Source: Malacoraja senta (lineage: Eukaryota). Taken from it: a stretch of DNA of 64,000 nucleotides. Of the stretch, positions 37,660 to 49,757 are shown one piece after another; the first letter of the stretch is position 1; every line of letters begins with the position of its first letter. The notes below the pieces were generated by a model, which was not told the origin of the DNA, did not search any database, and worked only from the letters and a program-made list of their open reading frames with translations. The DNA lies in assembly GCA_038087875.1 (NCBI GenBank), contig CM075991.1, forward strand, positions 12,340,001-12,404,000. The letters are read 5' to 3'. A program made the position numbers and the translations under genes.

Positions 37660-38640
37660 CTGATACTCCGGGGGCTCTGTTCAGGCAGCAGCCATGTCAG
37701 CAGTGCGTCAGTTTTTTCAACTTTTTTTATTTTTTAGTATGTTTTATAATGTGTATTTAATGTTTCTTTGGGTGTCTTGTGTGGGGGGTGTTGTGGGGGG
37801 GGTAAGGGGGAAACCGCTTCGGTCGCCTCCTCCATGGAGAGGCAACTTTTTCCAGGTCGCCTCCCCCGTGGCCTAACATCAAGGATCGGCGCGGCCTTTC
37901 CCGGAGACGCGCCCGGGGCTTCAGCGGCGGGCGCAGCGTGGACTCTCGGCGTGGAGCGGGTGAACCCTCGCTGGGGCTCGCTGGAGGGGAGTGCTCCGTT
38001 TCGCTGGCCCGGGGCAGCCGGCAGCCTGAAGTCGCGGTCTGCAAAGCTCCAGCTGGTGCGGCGTCTACAGCCCGGGATCCCTCGTGGGAGACCCAGGGGA
38101 AGAAGAAGCCATCATTGCCGGCCCGCGGCCAACTTCTACCGCGGGGCCGGCATGGACTTACCATCACCCCTGGAGGTGAGCTTCGACTGCCGGCCCTGCA
38201 GTCTACGGTGCTTCTGGCTGCGGCGGGGACTTTAAATCTTGACCGCCGGACTGCGGCCTACAACAATCTAAAGCCGCGGTCTCCGGTGAGGAAGAGCCGA
38301 TCCTGGACTGACTTGGACTCTGGTCCTGTCCACGGGGGGAAATGGAGGAGGACTGGCCACATTTTTGTGCCTTCCACCAGTGATGAATGCTGTGGTGGAT
38401 GTCTGTGTTACATTTTGTGTGTTCTTTATTATTGTATCGCTGCTGACAACCCAATCCTTGCCGGGTCACTGCTCGTGCGGTCGACCGGTCCGTGCAGAGA
38501 GTAGCTTTGAATGTTTGTCTTTTCGTTATGTTGTTTGTGTCTCTTTCTTTTTTTTTAAAAAGCTACTGTAATGCGCCCTTTTAAATTGCCCCTTGGGGAT
38601 GAATAAAGTGCTTGATTGATTGATTGATTGATTGATTGAT
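37660..38640 (+). mobile_element. Unclassified CpG-rich ~1-kb repeat with a LINE-like 3' tail
   Basis: Abrupt GC/CpG-rich block ending TTGCCCCTTGGGGATGAATAAAG-(TTGA)n; no recognisable ORF. Confidence 0.45.
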
Positions 38641-39698
38641 TTATCATAATTAAATTCCAATTCCTTATCTCCAGAGATGTTGCCTGATCCGCTGAGTCAC
38701 TCCAACATTTTACATCTGTACATGGATAGGACAGGTTTGGTGGGATATGGGCCAAATGTAGCTAAGAGGGACAAGTGTAGATGGGGCACATTGGTCAGCA
38801 TGGACAAGATGGGCCGAAGGGCCGGTTTCCACACTGTATAACTATGACAGTCTTCTTGCTCACTTGCATCTGTTTGGCTTCAGGCTCTGATCCAAGTCGA
38901 TCAGGCAGATTAAACTGGTCTGACATTACGTATGCGGGTTGGTATGCAAGCCTCCTGCCTGCCCGCCCGAGAACAACGCTGCATTTGTTTACACAGCAAT
39001 GCTTCAGTTTTCCACTGTACAAGCAGCAGTACCTGATGTGGAGGGTAGGGAGGCTGCCAGGAACGGCAATGTTTAATAATACATCACTACGGCCACTGAG
39101 AATGCCTACAATTGTGCCAATGGATAGCCGTGGGCTAGTTTGAGCAGAATCATCACTCCATCACCAGCCACCTCCCTCACCGGCCAACGTGTCCCACCTA
39201 CACTAGTCCCACCTGCCTGCGTTTGGTCCATATCCCTCCAAACTTGTCCTATCCATGTACCTGTCTAACTGTTTCTTAAACGTTGGGATAGTCCCTGCCT
39301 CAACTACCTCCTCTGGCAGCTCGTTCCATACACCCACCACTATCCAAGTGAAAAAGTTGCCCCTCAGGTTCCTATGATATCTTTCCCCTCTCGCCTTAAA
39401 CTGTTTGTTCTTCCAACATGTTTCACAGAGAAACGTCCACTAGATTGTTCAGTTAAAAATATACCACAAATGAGCCGCAAGGGAGGGAAGCAGAAGCAGC
39501 AGCTCAAAGGCCAATTATTTCCCCAACAATGACCTTAATTTCAACAGTGACACACCCCCTTCGTAAATCTGACTGCAAAACAGCAAATGTGAAACATGTA
39601 GTCATTACGGAACTGGGTTAGTCGGCTCAAATGCCAGCACCAGTTTATCCTCCACATAGGTGGCACAGCGGTAGAGTTGCTGCCTTACAGCGCCAGAG

Positions 39699-40105
39699 AC
39701 CAAAACTGCACACAATACTCCAGGTGTGTTCTTGCCAGGGCCCTGTACAACTGCAGAAAGACCTCTTTGCTCCTATACTCAACTCCTCTTGTTATGAAGG
39801 CCAACATGCCATTAGCTTTCTTCACTACCTGCTGTACCTGCATGCTTACTCTCAGTGACTGATGAACAAGGACCCCCAGATCCCGTTGTACTTCCCCTTT
39901 TTCAACTTGACACCCTTCAGATAATAATTTGCCTTCCTGTTTTTGCCACCAAAGTGGATAACCTCACATATATGCACATTAAACTGCATCTGCCATGCAT
40001 CTGCCCACTCACCCAACCTGACCAAGTCACCCTGCAGCCTCATAGCATCCTCCTCACAGTTCACACTGCCACCCAGCTTTGTGTCATCTGCAAATTTGCT
40101 AAGAT
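39699..40105 (-). mobile_element. CR1-clade LINE RT fragment
   Basis: SKFADDTKLGG...LQGDLVRLGEWADAWQMQFN. Confidence 0.88.
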
Positions 40106-40268
40106 CATTTAACATTTACGCTCAGTGCAAAGAGGTCATTTGGTGCTAATTATAACTGGTTGCTAGTTCAAACCAATTGTTAGCACATTCTAAGGTAGCT
40201 TTGCATTGACACAGTGCAAGTCCTTCAAGAAAGATTTTAAACCCTTCCACTATCAGTTCAGAAGCTGA

Positions 40269-40600
40269 AGGGCCTGTCCCACCTACGCGATTTTTTCTGG
40301 TGACTTGCCGGCACTCGACATAGTCGCAGCAGGTCGCTGAAAACTTTCAAAATGTTGAAGCTCCTTCGGCGACCAGAAAAGGGTACGACTCTTTGGGTGA
40401 CTACTCACGACCATACAGGCATCACCCTGTGACATGTCGATACATGACGCCTGTATGGTCATGAGTAGTTGCCCAAAGTTTCGTACCTTTCTCTGGTCTC
40501 CGCTGGATTTTCAACATTTTAAAAAATTTCGGCCACCTGCTGCGACTATGACGGGTGCCGGCAAGTCGCCTAAAAAATTTGTGTAAGTGGGACAGGCTCT
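40269..40600. mobile_element. Harbinger-type MITE (family A)
   Basis: AGGGCCTGTCCCAC...GTGGGACAGGCTCT; TGA TSD. Confidence 0.85.
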
Positions 40601-41604
40601 TGAAGTTTCCAATGCCACTAACGGAAAACGGGTTTTAATCTAAAGAAAAGACACAATGCGCTGGAATAACTTAGCAGGTCAGGCAATATCTCTGGAGAAC
40701 ATGGATAGGTGACATTTTGGGTCAGGAGGTATAAATCGTTTCTACCCTGCTGTTATCAGGCAACTGAACCAACCTCTCTGCAACTAGAGAATGGTCCTGA
40801 TCTCCCATCTACCTCATTGGAGACTCTTGGACTATCTTTAATCGTACTTTACCTTGCACTAAACATTATATCCTTTATCCTGTATCTGTACACTGTGAAC
40901 AGCTCAATTTGTGTCATGTACAGTAGTTTGTTGACTGATTAGCATGCAACAAACCCAATCACTGTACCCAAGCTATGTCGGACAATAATGAACTAAACTA
41001 ATAAACCAGATCTCTAGTTCAAAAATAGACACTAAATGCTGGAGTAACTCAGCGGGACAGGCAGCATCTCTGGAGAGAAGGAATGGGTGAAGTTTCGAGT
41101 CTGAAGACGCGTCTCAACCCAAAACGTCACCCATTCCTTCTCTCCAGAGACGCTGCCTGTCCCGCCGAGTTACTCCAGCATTTCATGTCTATCGTCGCTG
41201 TAAAACTAGCATCTGCGGTTCCTCTCTACACAGACCTCTAGTTCCTTGTTTTGAAGGTTTTCAATCTCTTTGGCAATAGTACTTGTGCAAACACTGATCA
41301 ATTTGCAAGATCTAGCACGTGAAGGTTGGTGCCATACCTTACATTTGAATCGTCATATGCAAAAGTAGTTGAAAGGTCCAAAGGAAATGAAGACAGCACT
41401 GACCGCTCAAGAAGAAACTTTAAATTGTCCGTGTAGCAATTCACCGCATGTCTGGCTGCCAATTATATATTTACTAGTTTGTTTGACTTTCAGGGTGGTT
41501 CCTATTTACAAGTTTATACTGCATATAAACATATAATTTAAACTAACAGGGGATGATTATAATAAGTGCACGTCAGTAATGAATAAGCACTTTAAAAACT
41601 ATTT

Positions 41605-41908
41605 TTTTAGAGATACAGCGCGGAAACAGGCCCTTCGGCCCACCGGGTCTGTGCCAACCAGCGATCCCCGCACATTAACACTATCCTACACACACTAGGG
41701 ACAATTTACATTTATACCAAGCCAATTAACCTACAAACCTGTACGTCTTTGGAGTGCGGGAGGAAACCGAAGATCTCGGAGAAAACCCACGCAGGTCATG
41801 GGGAGAACATGCAAACACCATACAGACAGCACCCGTAGTCGGGATCGAACCCGGGTCTCCGGCGCTGCATTCGCTGTAAGGCAGCAACTCTACCGCTGCG
41901 CCACCGTG
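41605..41908 (-). mobile_element. V-SINE copy, full length
   Basis: Reverse complement of the SINE consensus. Confidence 0.85.
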
Positions 41909-42709
41909 ACTAACTAACCTGGGCCAGCCCAGAAGAACCATGCAGAACTGTCCAAACAGAGCCAGACCAAGGGTTTATTTAGATATACAGCATGGAAAAT
42001 GGCCCCTCCATCCAAGCTGACCATCAACCTTCTATATTCTCCCACCTTCGCATACACTCCTTACAGACAAGTGGCAATTTCACATAGGCCAACTAACTTA
42101 CAAATCCGCACATCTTTGGAGTGTGGGGGGAAACCAGAGCACCCAGAGAAAACCCACAGGGTCACGGGGAGAATGTGCAAACTCCGTACAGACAGCACCC
42201 GTAGACATGATCGAACCCGGGTCTCTGGCGCTGTGAGACAACAACTCCACCACTGCTCCGCCTCTGACTAGCCTTTTGCTTCCACAGATGCTGCCTGGCC
42301 CAGAGAGGTCTTCTAGTACTTTCTTTTTGCGTTTAGGCCTCACTCACGCCACCAGGCCAAATACATCTCGCGCTACTTTTCCCAAGTTATTGCCACTCAC
42401 CTCCGCACCTGGCATCTGTACACAGAGGATGGATGTTCTTGGTCTCAGCAGCATGGCCTCCAGAAAAATTGCAAATAGTGACATAAATATTCCACTCCTT
42501 CCCTTGCACAAGTCGTCTCCCCCCCCCCCCCCCCCCAAACACCTGCCTGACTTCCTCTTCCATTTCTCACGGACTGGAGTAACTCAGAGAGTCAGACAGC
42601 ATGTCAGGAGAAAAGGTATAGGTGACGTGTCAGGTCGAGAACCTTAAATCAGACACTGATATGTACATCAGATATGTACGCACTTCAGAGACACAGGAAT
42701 AGAAAGAAA

Positions 42710-43370
42710 GATTAGCAGAGTGGTTCCTTGAAGGTGGAGTCACAGGTACTTAGGGCGGTCAAAAAGGCTCGGCACATTGGCCTTCATCAGTCAGAGTATG
42801 GAGTATAGAAGTTGGGAGGTCATGTTGCAGTTGTACAAGACATTGGCGAGGACGCATTTAGAATATTGTGTTCCATTCTGGACACTATGTTACAGGAAAG
42901 ATGTTGTCAAGAAGGAAAGGGTACAGAGAAAATTCATGGGGATGTTGCCAGGATTAGAGGGTGCGAGCTGTACGAAGAAGTTGGGTCAGCTGGGACTCTA
43001 TTCCTTGGAGCGCAGGAGGATGAGGAGTGATCCTATAGAGGTGTATAAAATCATGAGGGGAATAGATCGGGTAGATGCACAGAGTCTCTTGCCCCGAGTA
43101 GGTGAACCGAGGACCAGAGTACATAGGTTTAAGGTGAAGGGGAAAAGATTTAAGAGGAATCTGAGGGGTAACTTTTTCCACAAAAAGGGCGGTGGGTGCC
43201 AGATGAGGTTGTTGAGGCAGGGACTGTCACAGCATTTAAGAAACAGTTAGACAGGTACTTGGATAGGACAGCTTTGGAGGGATATGGACCAAAAGCAGGC
43301 AGGTGGGACATGTTGGCCGGAATGGGCAAGTTGGGCTGAAGGGCCAGTTTCCACACTGTATCACTATGAC
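42710..43370 (+). mobile_element. CR1-clade LINE 3' fragment
   Basis: LQLYKTLARTHLEYC...LGLYSLERRRMRSDPIEVYKIMRGID. Confidence 0.88.
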
Positions 43371-44389
43371 AGAGTGACATAAACAGGAGAGGGGGGAGGC
43401 TTTGGGAAGATAAATACTTGTCTGAAGAAGGGTCCCGACCCAAAATGTCACCTATCCTTTTTCTGCAGAGATGCTGCCTGACCCGCTGAGATACTCCAGC
43501 ACTCTGTGTCTATCTTGCATGGACCTGTTGGACAGGTTTTGTCCCATAAATAACCTCTCAAGGCATACCCGAAAACTTATCTTCTTGGGCCAAGCCTTGA
43601 CTACTGTGCTAATTATCATCTCCTGCACTGCATCAAACTTTCAGCCACATGTTCAAATTCTTCCCCAGAGCTTCACCCCTCCCAACCACTGAACTCACTC
43701 ACTTTTACACCACTTTAATCCTGCATGTCGCAATTTGAATTATTCCACCACTGGTGCCCAACCCCAAAAATTCTGTAATTCCCCGGCTAAAACCTCTTAT
43801 TAGTCAAGGTTTGCCCAACGTTGCTCATTGTGGTAATTTTGTCACAATAAAATGGTGCGACATAAAGGCCAAGATGTGGTCACTGCATTATTTGTTTTGC
43901 AATACACAGTTTCTCTCACCTCCACACTGCCCCCCCCCCCCCCAAATACTTGAGCAAAACACAAAGTGCTGGGGGAACTCAGGTGAGGAAGGAATGGACA
44001 GGTAGCGTAACCCTTCTTCAGACTGATTGTGGGGAGAAAGCTGGAGAGGAGAGGTGGGAGCAGGACAAAGCCTAGCAAGTGAGAGGTGGACACAGCTTAA
44101 AATGGTTGATGTTCCCATCACCAAGTATGATTCATCCCATCTACTCTACGAGTCACAACGTTGTCAGCCTTAACCCAGATCCCCAGCTTTCAAACTAATT
44201 AGGTCAGTGACCAAACTTTGTAATTTGTATTTTACAGCTGGCTGAACTATTCCTAAAAATAAACACACACCAAGAGAAGAGTTTGCAACTTCCTGTTAGT
44301 TTGCATTTACTTCCCTTAATGTGGCCATCTGCAGCACTGGTGACAAGACTAGACCTTTACTAATGCAGAATAAATAATGTGGACATCCT

Positions 44390-44880
44390 GCCCATCCATA
44401 GGCTCAGCTGCACAGCGGCTAAGAGGAAAGCGCTCCAGAGGGCAATTGACAATGCCCAGAAGATTATCGGCTGCCCTCTCCTCACCTTGAAGGACCTACA
44501 CAGTTCCCACTGTCTCAAAAAATCCCAGAAGATCATAAAGGACATTTTCCACCCCGGTCACTCCCTGTTTGTACTGCTGCCGTCAGGCAGACGGTACAGA
44601 TCAATGAGGACAAGGACAAACAGACTCAAAAACAGTTTTTATCCCACAGCAATAAATACACTTAATGTAGCCACCAAATGAGTACAGGTGTGCTACACAC
44701 CAAAGGGACTGGGAAATCGACAGAAGAATGTGTTTTTTTTCATGTTATTTATTTTAGTTGTTTATCTTAGACTTTTGCTCTAAAAAAATGTGTGAATGTG
44801 TGCACTGACTGGTTGGCATTTCTAATTTCGTTGTACATGTTTACATGTTATAATGACAATAAAGTATTCATTCATTCAAA
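44390..44880 (+). mobile_element. Rex1/Babar-type LINE 3' end
   Basis: KALQRAIDNAQKIIG...HPGHSLFVLLPSGRRYRSMRTRTNRLKNSFYP; AATAAA and (ATTC)n tail. Confidence 0.8.
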
Positions 44881-45613
44881 TTAAAATATGTAAATAGATT
44901 TTAAAATGTGCGAACTTTTGCCCTACTTCTCCTTGATAACAGATCTAAGACTATATTAAAAAAAGCTACTAAACAGCAAGAAACTGTTTTCTTGAGCAAA
45001 AACAAAGTGCTGGAGGAACTCAGAGGGGTCAAACAGTATTGGGGAAGGAATTGACATACGATGTTTTGGGTCGGGACCGGGTTTAAGAGGTCCCCACCAG
45101 AAACATCTTCTCTCCATTTCCTCCACAGACGTTGTCCAACAGAATTCTTATCCCTCCATTCCCTGCCTATCCAAAAGTCTTTAAATGCCACTATTCTGCC
45201 TGCCTATCCAAAAGTCTTTAAATGCCACCATTGTGCCTGCCTTAACCACCGCGCCAGACAGCAAGTTCCAAGCACCCCACATCCTCCGTGTAAAGAACAT
45301 GTTTCCTCCGGCTTCCTCCCACATCCCATAGACGTGTGGGTTGTAGGTTAATCGGCCCTCTGTAAATTGCCCCCAGGGTGCATCGGGAGTGGATGAGAAA
45401 GTGGGATAACATAAAACTAATGCAATCTGAATTTCACTGCATCTAACCTGGTACATGTGGCAATAAACAAACCGTGAACCTTGATGGTCGGTGGGGACTC
45501 AGTGGGTCGATGTGCCCGTGTATCTCTGAACCACCCCACTGTTCCCTAGGTAGACAAAAATGCTGGAGAAACTCAGCGGGTGGTGCAGCATCTATGGAGC
45601 GAAGGAAATAGGC

Positions 45614-45641
45614 AACGTTTCGGGCCGAAACCCTTCTTCAG
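45614..45641 (-). ncRNA. Minimal hammerhead ribozyme core motif (variant stem II with UUCG loop), sense within the RAB11FIP1 pre-mRNA
   Basis: Minus strand CTGAAGA-A-GGGT-TTCG-GCCC-GAAAC-GTT-GCC. Confidence 0.55.
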
Positions 45642-46102
45642 ACTGACCACCGTTCCCTAGTCTGGTGGTGCAAGCTTCCAAGCTTCTCCACCTTCTGCCA
45701 GACAGGAGCAGGGAGAAGGAGCAATGGCCGGGATGGGACAAGGCAAGGGGGAAGTTGTTCAAAGGAGCTTCGATCGTCACGCGTGAGAAGTGCAAATGCA
45801 CAGTGAAATTATTTTCTTACAAACATCCTGTATTGCATTACATTGAAGATAAGACACAAAGTGCTGGAGTAACTCAGTGGGTTTGGCAGCATCTCTGGAG
45901 AGAAGGAATGGTTGACTTCAGGTCTGATGAAGGGTCTCGACCCCAAAAATTACCTATTCCTTTTCTGCAGAGATGCTGCCCGACCCACTGAGTTATTCCA
46001 GCGTATTGTATTTGTCTATCTTCAGTGGAAACCAGCAGTTCATTCCTACATAGAGTATTATGTAGGCCGGGTTTTACCACTAAGTAGGCAAGAGCTGCTT
46101 AC

Positions 46103-46457
46103 CCCACTTTGTTCGTGGTCTTGTGATGGTAGAGTTCCCTCAGGTCGATCACCGCCTGGCCCAGGAACTTGTCCAAGCCCACCAGGGCCCGGTGGGTTAC
46201 GATGAGGTAGAGGGTGGTGCCCTTGTCGGGGCTGCCTTGTTGCAGCAGCGGCGGCAGCTCGAACTCGGCCTCCTCCCTCCACAGCGGCTCACGGCTCTTC
46301 TCGGCCACCGAGCTCGAGTACTTCTCCTTGCCCAGCTGCATGATGACAAAGGCGTCGTTGGTACCGTCCCGGCCCTTGGCGCGCAGCCCCCGGCTCGGAG
46401 TACCACGACCTGGACGTGGGTGGGGAACCATCGCTGGCTCTGTCCCAGCAGCGACAT
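46103..46457 (-). CDS. RAB11FIP1: RAB11FIP1 coding exon 1 (C2 domain), with an apparent 1-bp frameshift at ~46392
   Basis: ATG at 46457 in gccgacATG. MSLLGQSQRWFPTHVQVVVLRA continues in another frame as (R)GLRAKGRDGTNDAFVIMQLGKEKYSSSVAEK...HRALVGLDKFLGQAVIDL. Donor GG|GTAAG at 46103/46102. Confidence 0.92.
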
Positions 46458-46599
46458 GTCGGCCGGCCCGCCCGCTCGGAGCTGGGGAACACCAGGAGGA
46501 GAACTCTGTCCGCACCGTCCAACAACAGCAGCAGCAGCAACAGCAGCAAAAAGAGAAACGAGAGGTCCCAGTTAATGTCACGAGAAACAACAACAAAAA

Positions 46600-46840
46600 T
46601 AAGCGTCTGAGTTACTGTAACAAAAAAACTAACAAGTCTAAGTTACTGTAACAAAAAAGAGAAACAAGAGTCTGAGTTACTGCAACAAGATTGTAACAAA
46701 AAACTAACAATTCTAAGTTACTGTAACAAAAAAGAGAAACAAGAGTCTGAGTTACTGCAACAAGATTGTAACAAAAAAACTAACAAGTCTAAGTTACTGT
46801 AACAAAAAAGAGAAACAGAAGTCTGAGTTACTGCAACGAG
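46600..46840 (+). repeat. A-rich minisatellite (~75-bp higher-order unit built from GTCT(G/A)AGTTACTG(T/C)AACAA)
   Basis: About 3 copies in the 5' UTR intron of RAB11FIP1. Confidence 0.8.
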
Positions 46841-47218
46841 ACGTTTCAACAAAGTGAGAACAACTCTGGTCGTCTAACTCCACCCCTGGGCACCTCCCCG
46901 CCTCTATCATAAGGAGCAGGAGTAGAATTAGGCCATTCGGCCCATCAAGTCTCCTGACTCCGCCATTCAATCATGGCTGGTCTATCTCTCCCTCCTAACC
47001 CCAATTCCCCTGCCTTCTCCCAGTAACCCCTGACACCCGCACTAATCAAGAATCTCATCTATCTCTGTCTATCACTATCTATCAAGAGTGTTTTACTGTC
47101 TTGTGTCCCAGATAAAACAATGAAACTCTTACTTGCTGCAGCACAACAGAATATGTAAATATGGTAGACTGTAAACAATATGATGAACGGGAGAGAAAGA
47201 AAAAGTTTAGTGTGTAGA

Positions 47219-47451
47219 CACACACAGAGACACACACACACACACACAGAGACACACACACAGAGACACACACACACAGAGACACACACACACAGAGACA
47301 CACACACACAGAGACACACACACACACACACACACACAGACACACACACACACACACACACACAGACACACACAGACACACACACACACAGAGACACACA
47401 CACACACAGAGACACACACACACACGCACACACGCACACAGACACACACAG

Positions 47452-47483
<32 letters not shown>

Positions 47484-47588
47484 ACACACACACACACAGA
47501 GACACACACACACACAGAGACACACACACACAGAGACACACACACACAGAGACACACACACAGAGACACACACACACACACACACACA
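47219..47588. repeat. Interrupted (CA)n/(GA) microsatellite
   Basis: Direct inspection. Confidence 0.95.
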
Positions 47589-47924
47589 TATATAAGGAAG
47601 AAGGTCGTAGAACCACCATATTACAATAAACCCATTGAAAACACTTTGCGTTTTAAAATAAAAGTGTAAGTCGCCTATTTACTTGGCCCACAAAACTATT
47701 ATATTCTTTGAAATCATACAAGGCATTTGTGGTTAAAAAAAAGAACTACAGTTAGAGGGTCTAGAGTGCTTTCAAAGAGAGACACGAAATGCTGGAGTAA
47801 CTCAGCGGGACAGGCAGCAGCATCTGTGGAGAGAAGGAATGGGCGACGTTTCGGGCCGAGACCCTTCAGTACTGTCTGGACAAGGGTCTCGACCCAAAAC
47901 GTCGCCCATTCCTTCTCTCCACAG

Positions 47925-47956
<32 letters not shown>

Positions 47957-48039
47957 TGTCCCGCTGAGCCACGCCACCATTTTTGTGTCTGCCTTCTCAA
48001 GATGGACTGCACAGTGTCGCCTGTACCTGAGCCTCCTAC

Positions 48040-48165
48040 CTGGGTCGCCGGGGCGTGTGTTGGGGCCGCGGGGAGTGTGTTGGAGCCGCCGGGAGTGTGT
48101 TGGAGCCGCCGGGAGTGAGCTGGGGTTGGAGCCGCCGGGAGCGCGTCTCCTCTGGGCGCGTCTCC
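48040..48165 (-). other. RAB11FIP1: Probable non-coding first exon of RAB11FIP1
   Basis: GC-rich, ATG-free on the minus strand, just downstream of CCAAT/GC boxes. Donor CAG|GTAGGA at 48040/48039 (alternative CAG|GTACAG at 48027). Matching acceptor gttccccag| at 46482/46481, 24 nt before the ATG. Confidence 0.55.
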
Positions 48166-48390
48166 GCCACCTCGCCCGCAGCACCCGCCCCGCCCGCCTA
48201 TTGGCCCAGCCGCCCGTCCATCACACGAGAGGGGGGGGGCGGGTCCCAATTCCGCGTCCCGCCATTGGTCCCGCCGCCTGCCCGTCACAAAGGACCCGCT
48301 CTGATTGCATCGTTCACCTGTCAGTCTGCACCGCCAAGTCCCGCCCCCTCCCACCCTGGTGTCGGTCGCGGATGGGGGCGGGACTTAGAC
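48040..48390 (-). promoter_or_regulatory. CpG-island, TATA-less promoter of RAB11FIP1
   Basis: CpG-dense. CCAAT boxes at 48200-48204, 48246-48250 and 48264-48268. Sp1-type GC boxes at ~48187, ~48236, ~48340 and ~48375. Confidence 0.75.
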
Positions 48391-48550
48391 TGGAGTAACT
48401 CAGCGGGTCAGGCAGCATCTGTGGAGATAGAAGCATTAACTAATTCTCTTCGCACAGATGCTGCCCGACCTGCTGAGTGTTTATAGTCCCAGCTACCATC
48501 ATTAATTAGAGAATAGACACAAGGAACTGCGCGTAGTGGAATCTTGAGTG

Positions 48551-49180
48551 ACACAGAGTGCTGGAGTAACTCAGCGGGTCAGGCAGCATCTGTGGAGAAC
48601 ATGGATAGGTGACGTTTCACAGAGTGCTGGAGTAACTCAGCGGGTCAGGCAGCATCTGTGGAGAACATGGATAGGTGACGTTTCACAGAGTGCTGGAGTA
48701 ACTCAGCGGGTCAGGCAGCATCTGTGGAGAACATGGATAGGTGACGTTTCACAGAGTGCTGGAGTAACTCAGCGGGTCAGGCAGCATCTGTGGAGAACAT
48801 GGATAGGTGACGTTTCACAGAGTGCTGGAGTAACTCAGCGGGTCAGGCAGCATCTGTGGAGAACATGGATAGGTGACGTTTCACAGAGTGCTGGAGTAAC
48901 TCAGCGGGTCAGGCAGCATCTGTGGAGCGAAGGAAATGGGCAACCTTTCGGGCCGAAACCCTGAAGGAAATAGGCAACGTTTCGGGCCGAAACCCGGAAG
49001 GGTTTCGGGCCGAAACATTGCCTATTTCCTTCGCTCCATAGATGCTGCCGGAACATGGATAGGTGACGTTTCCCAGAGTGCTGGAGTAACTCAGCGGGTC
49101 AGGCAGCATCTGTGGAGAACATGGATAGGTGACGTTTCACAGAGTAACGCTGGAGTAACTCAGCGGGTCAGGCAGCATCT
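48551..49180 (+). repeat. 66-bp tandem array (same unit and same junction block as 34900-35560)
   Basis: About 5.7 units, the junction block, then about 2 units. Confidence 0.92.
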
Positions 49181-49189
49181 GAAGAGTCA

Positions 49190-49590
49190 AGTCAAGAGAG
49201 GTTAATTGTCATGTGTCCCAGATAGGACAATGAAATTCTTGCTTTGCTGCAGCACAACAGGATATTGTGGTCATTACTGCAGATCAGATCAGTGTGACCA
49301 TATACCATAGAATATATATATATATATATATACACACATAGATAAATAGATAAAGTGCAATAGGTTGCTATGGTTCAGAGTTTGTTTGAAGTTGTGTTTA
49401 ATAGTCTGATGGCTGTGGGGAAGCAGCTGTTCCTGAACCTGGATGTTGCAGATTTCAGGCTCCTGTACTTTCTACCTGAAGGCAGCAGAGAGATGAGTGT
49501 GTGGCCAGGATGGTGTGGGTCCTTGATGATGCTGGCAGCCTTCTTGAGACAGCGACTGCGATAGATCCCCTCGATGGTAGGGAGGGAAAT
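49190..49590 (-). mobile_element. Rex1/Babar-type LINE 3' end
   Basis: KAASIIKDPHHPGHTLISLLPSGRKYRSLKSATSRFRNSCFP. Confidence 0.8.
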
Positions 49591-49757
49591 AGACAGATGA
49601 TGCTTTGTGACCATTCTTTAGACTGATAATGCAATATGGACACACTGATCTGTTTTGTAGTCAATGCCTACTATGTTCTGTTGTGCTGAAGCAAAGCAAG
49701 AATTTCATTGTCCTGTCAGGGACACATGACAATAAACTCTCTTGAATCTTGAATCTC

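Noticed and set aside
37757..38504. Overlapping 136-188-aa ORFs in the GC-rich element
   Set aside because: Expected from high GC content; no recognisable motifs.
14279..46457. RAB11FIP1 as a pseudogene
   Set aside because: Only one lesion, beside a homopolymer; about 4 kb of otherwise open exons with intact splice phases and promoter.
14279..46457. Assignment to RAB11FIP2 or RAB11FIP5
   Set aside because: The C2 region resembles FIP2, but the RBD (AYAQLTHDELIQLVLKQKE), HPVKPMN and the large exon 4 match FIP1.
46099..46596. 165-aa ORF with a poly-Cys N-terminus as the true RAB11FIP1 start
   Set aside because: The N-terminal part is intronic (CTG)n/TTG repeat upstream of the acceptor; the conserved WFPTHVQV start is in the other frame.
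48551..48925. CRISPR-like regular repeats
   Set aside because: Head-to-tail tandem units without unique spacers, in a vertebrate genome, with no cas genes.
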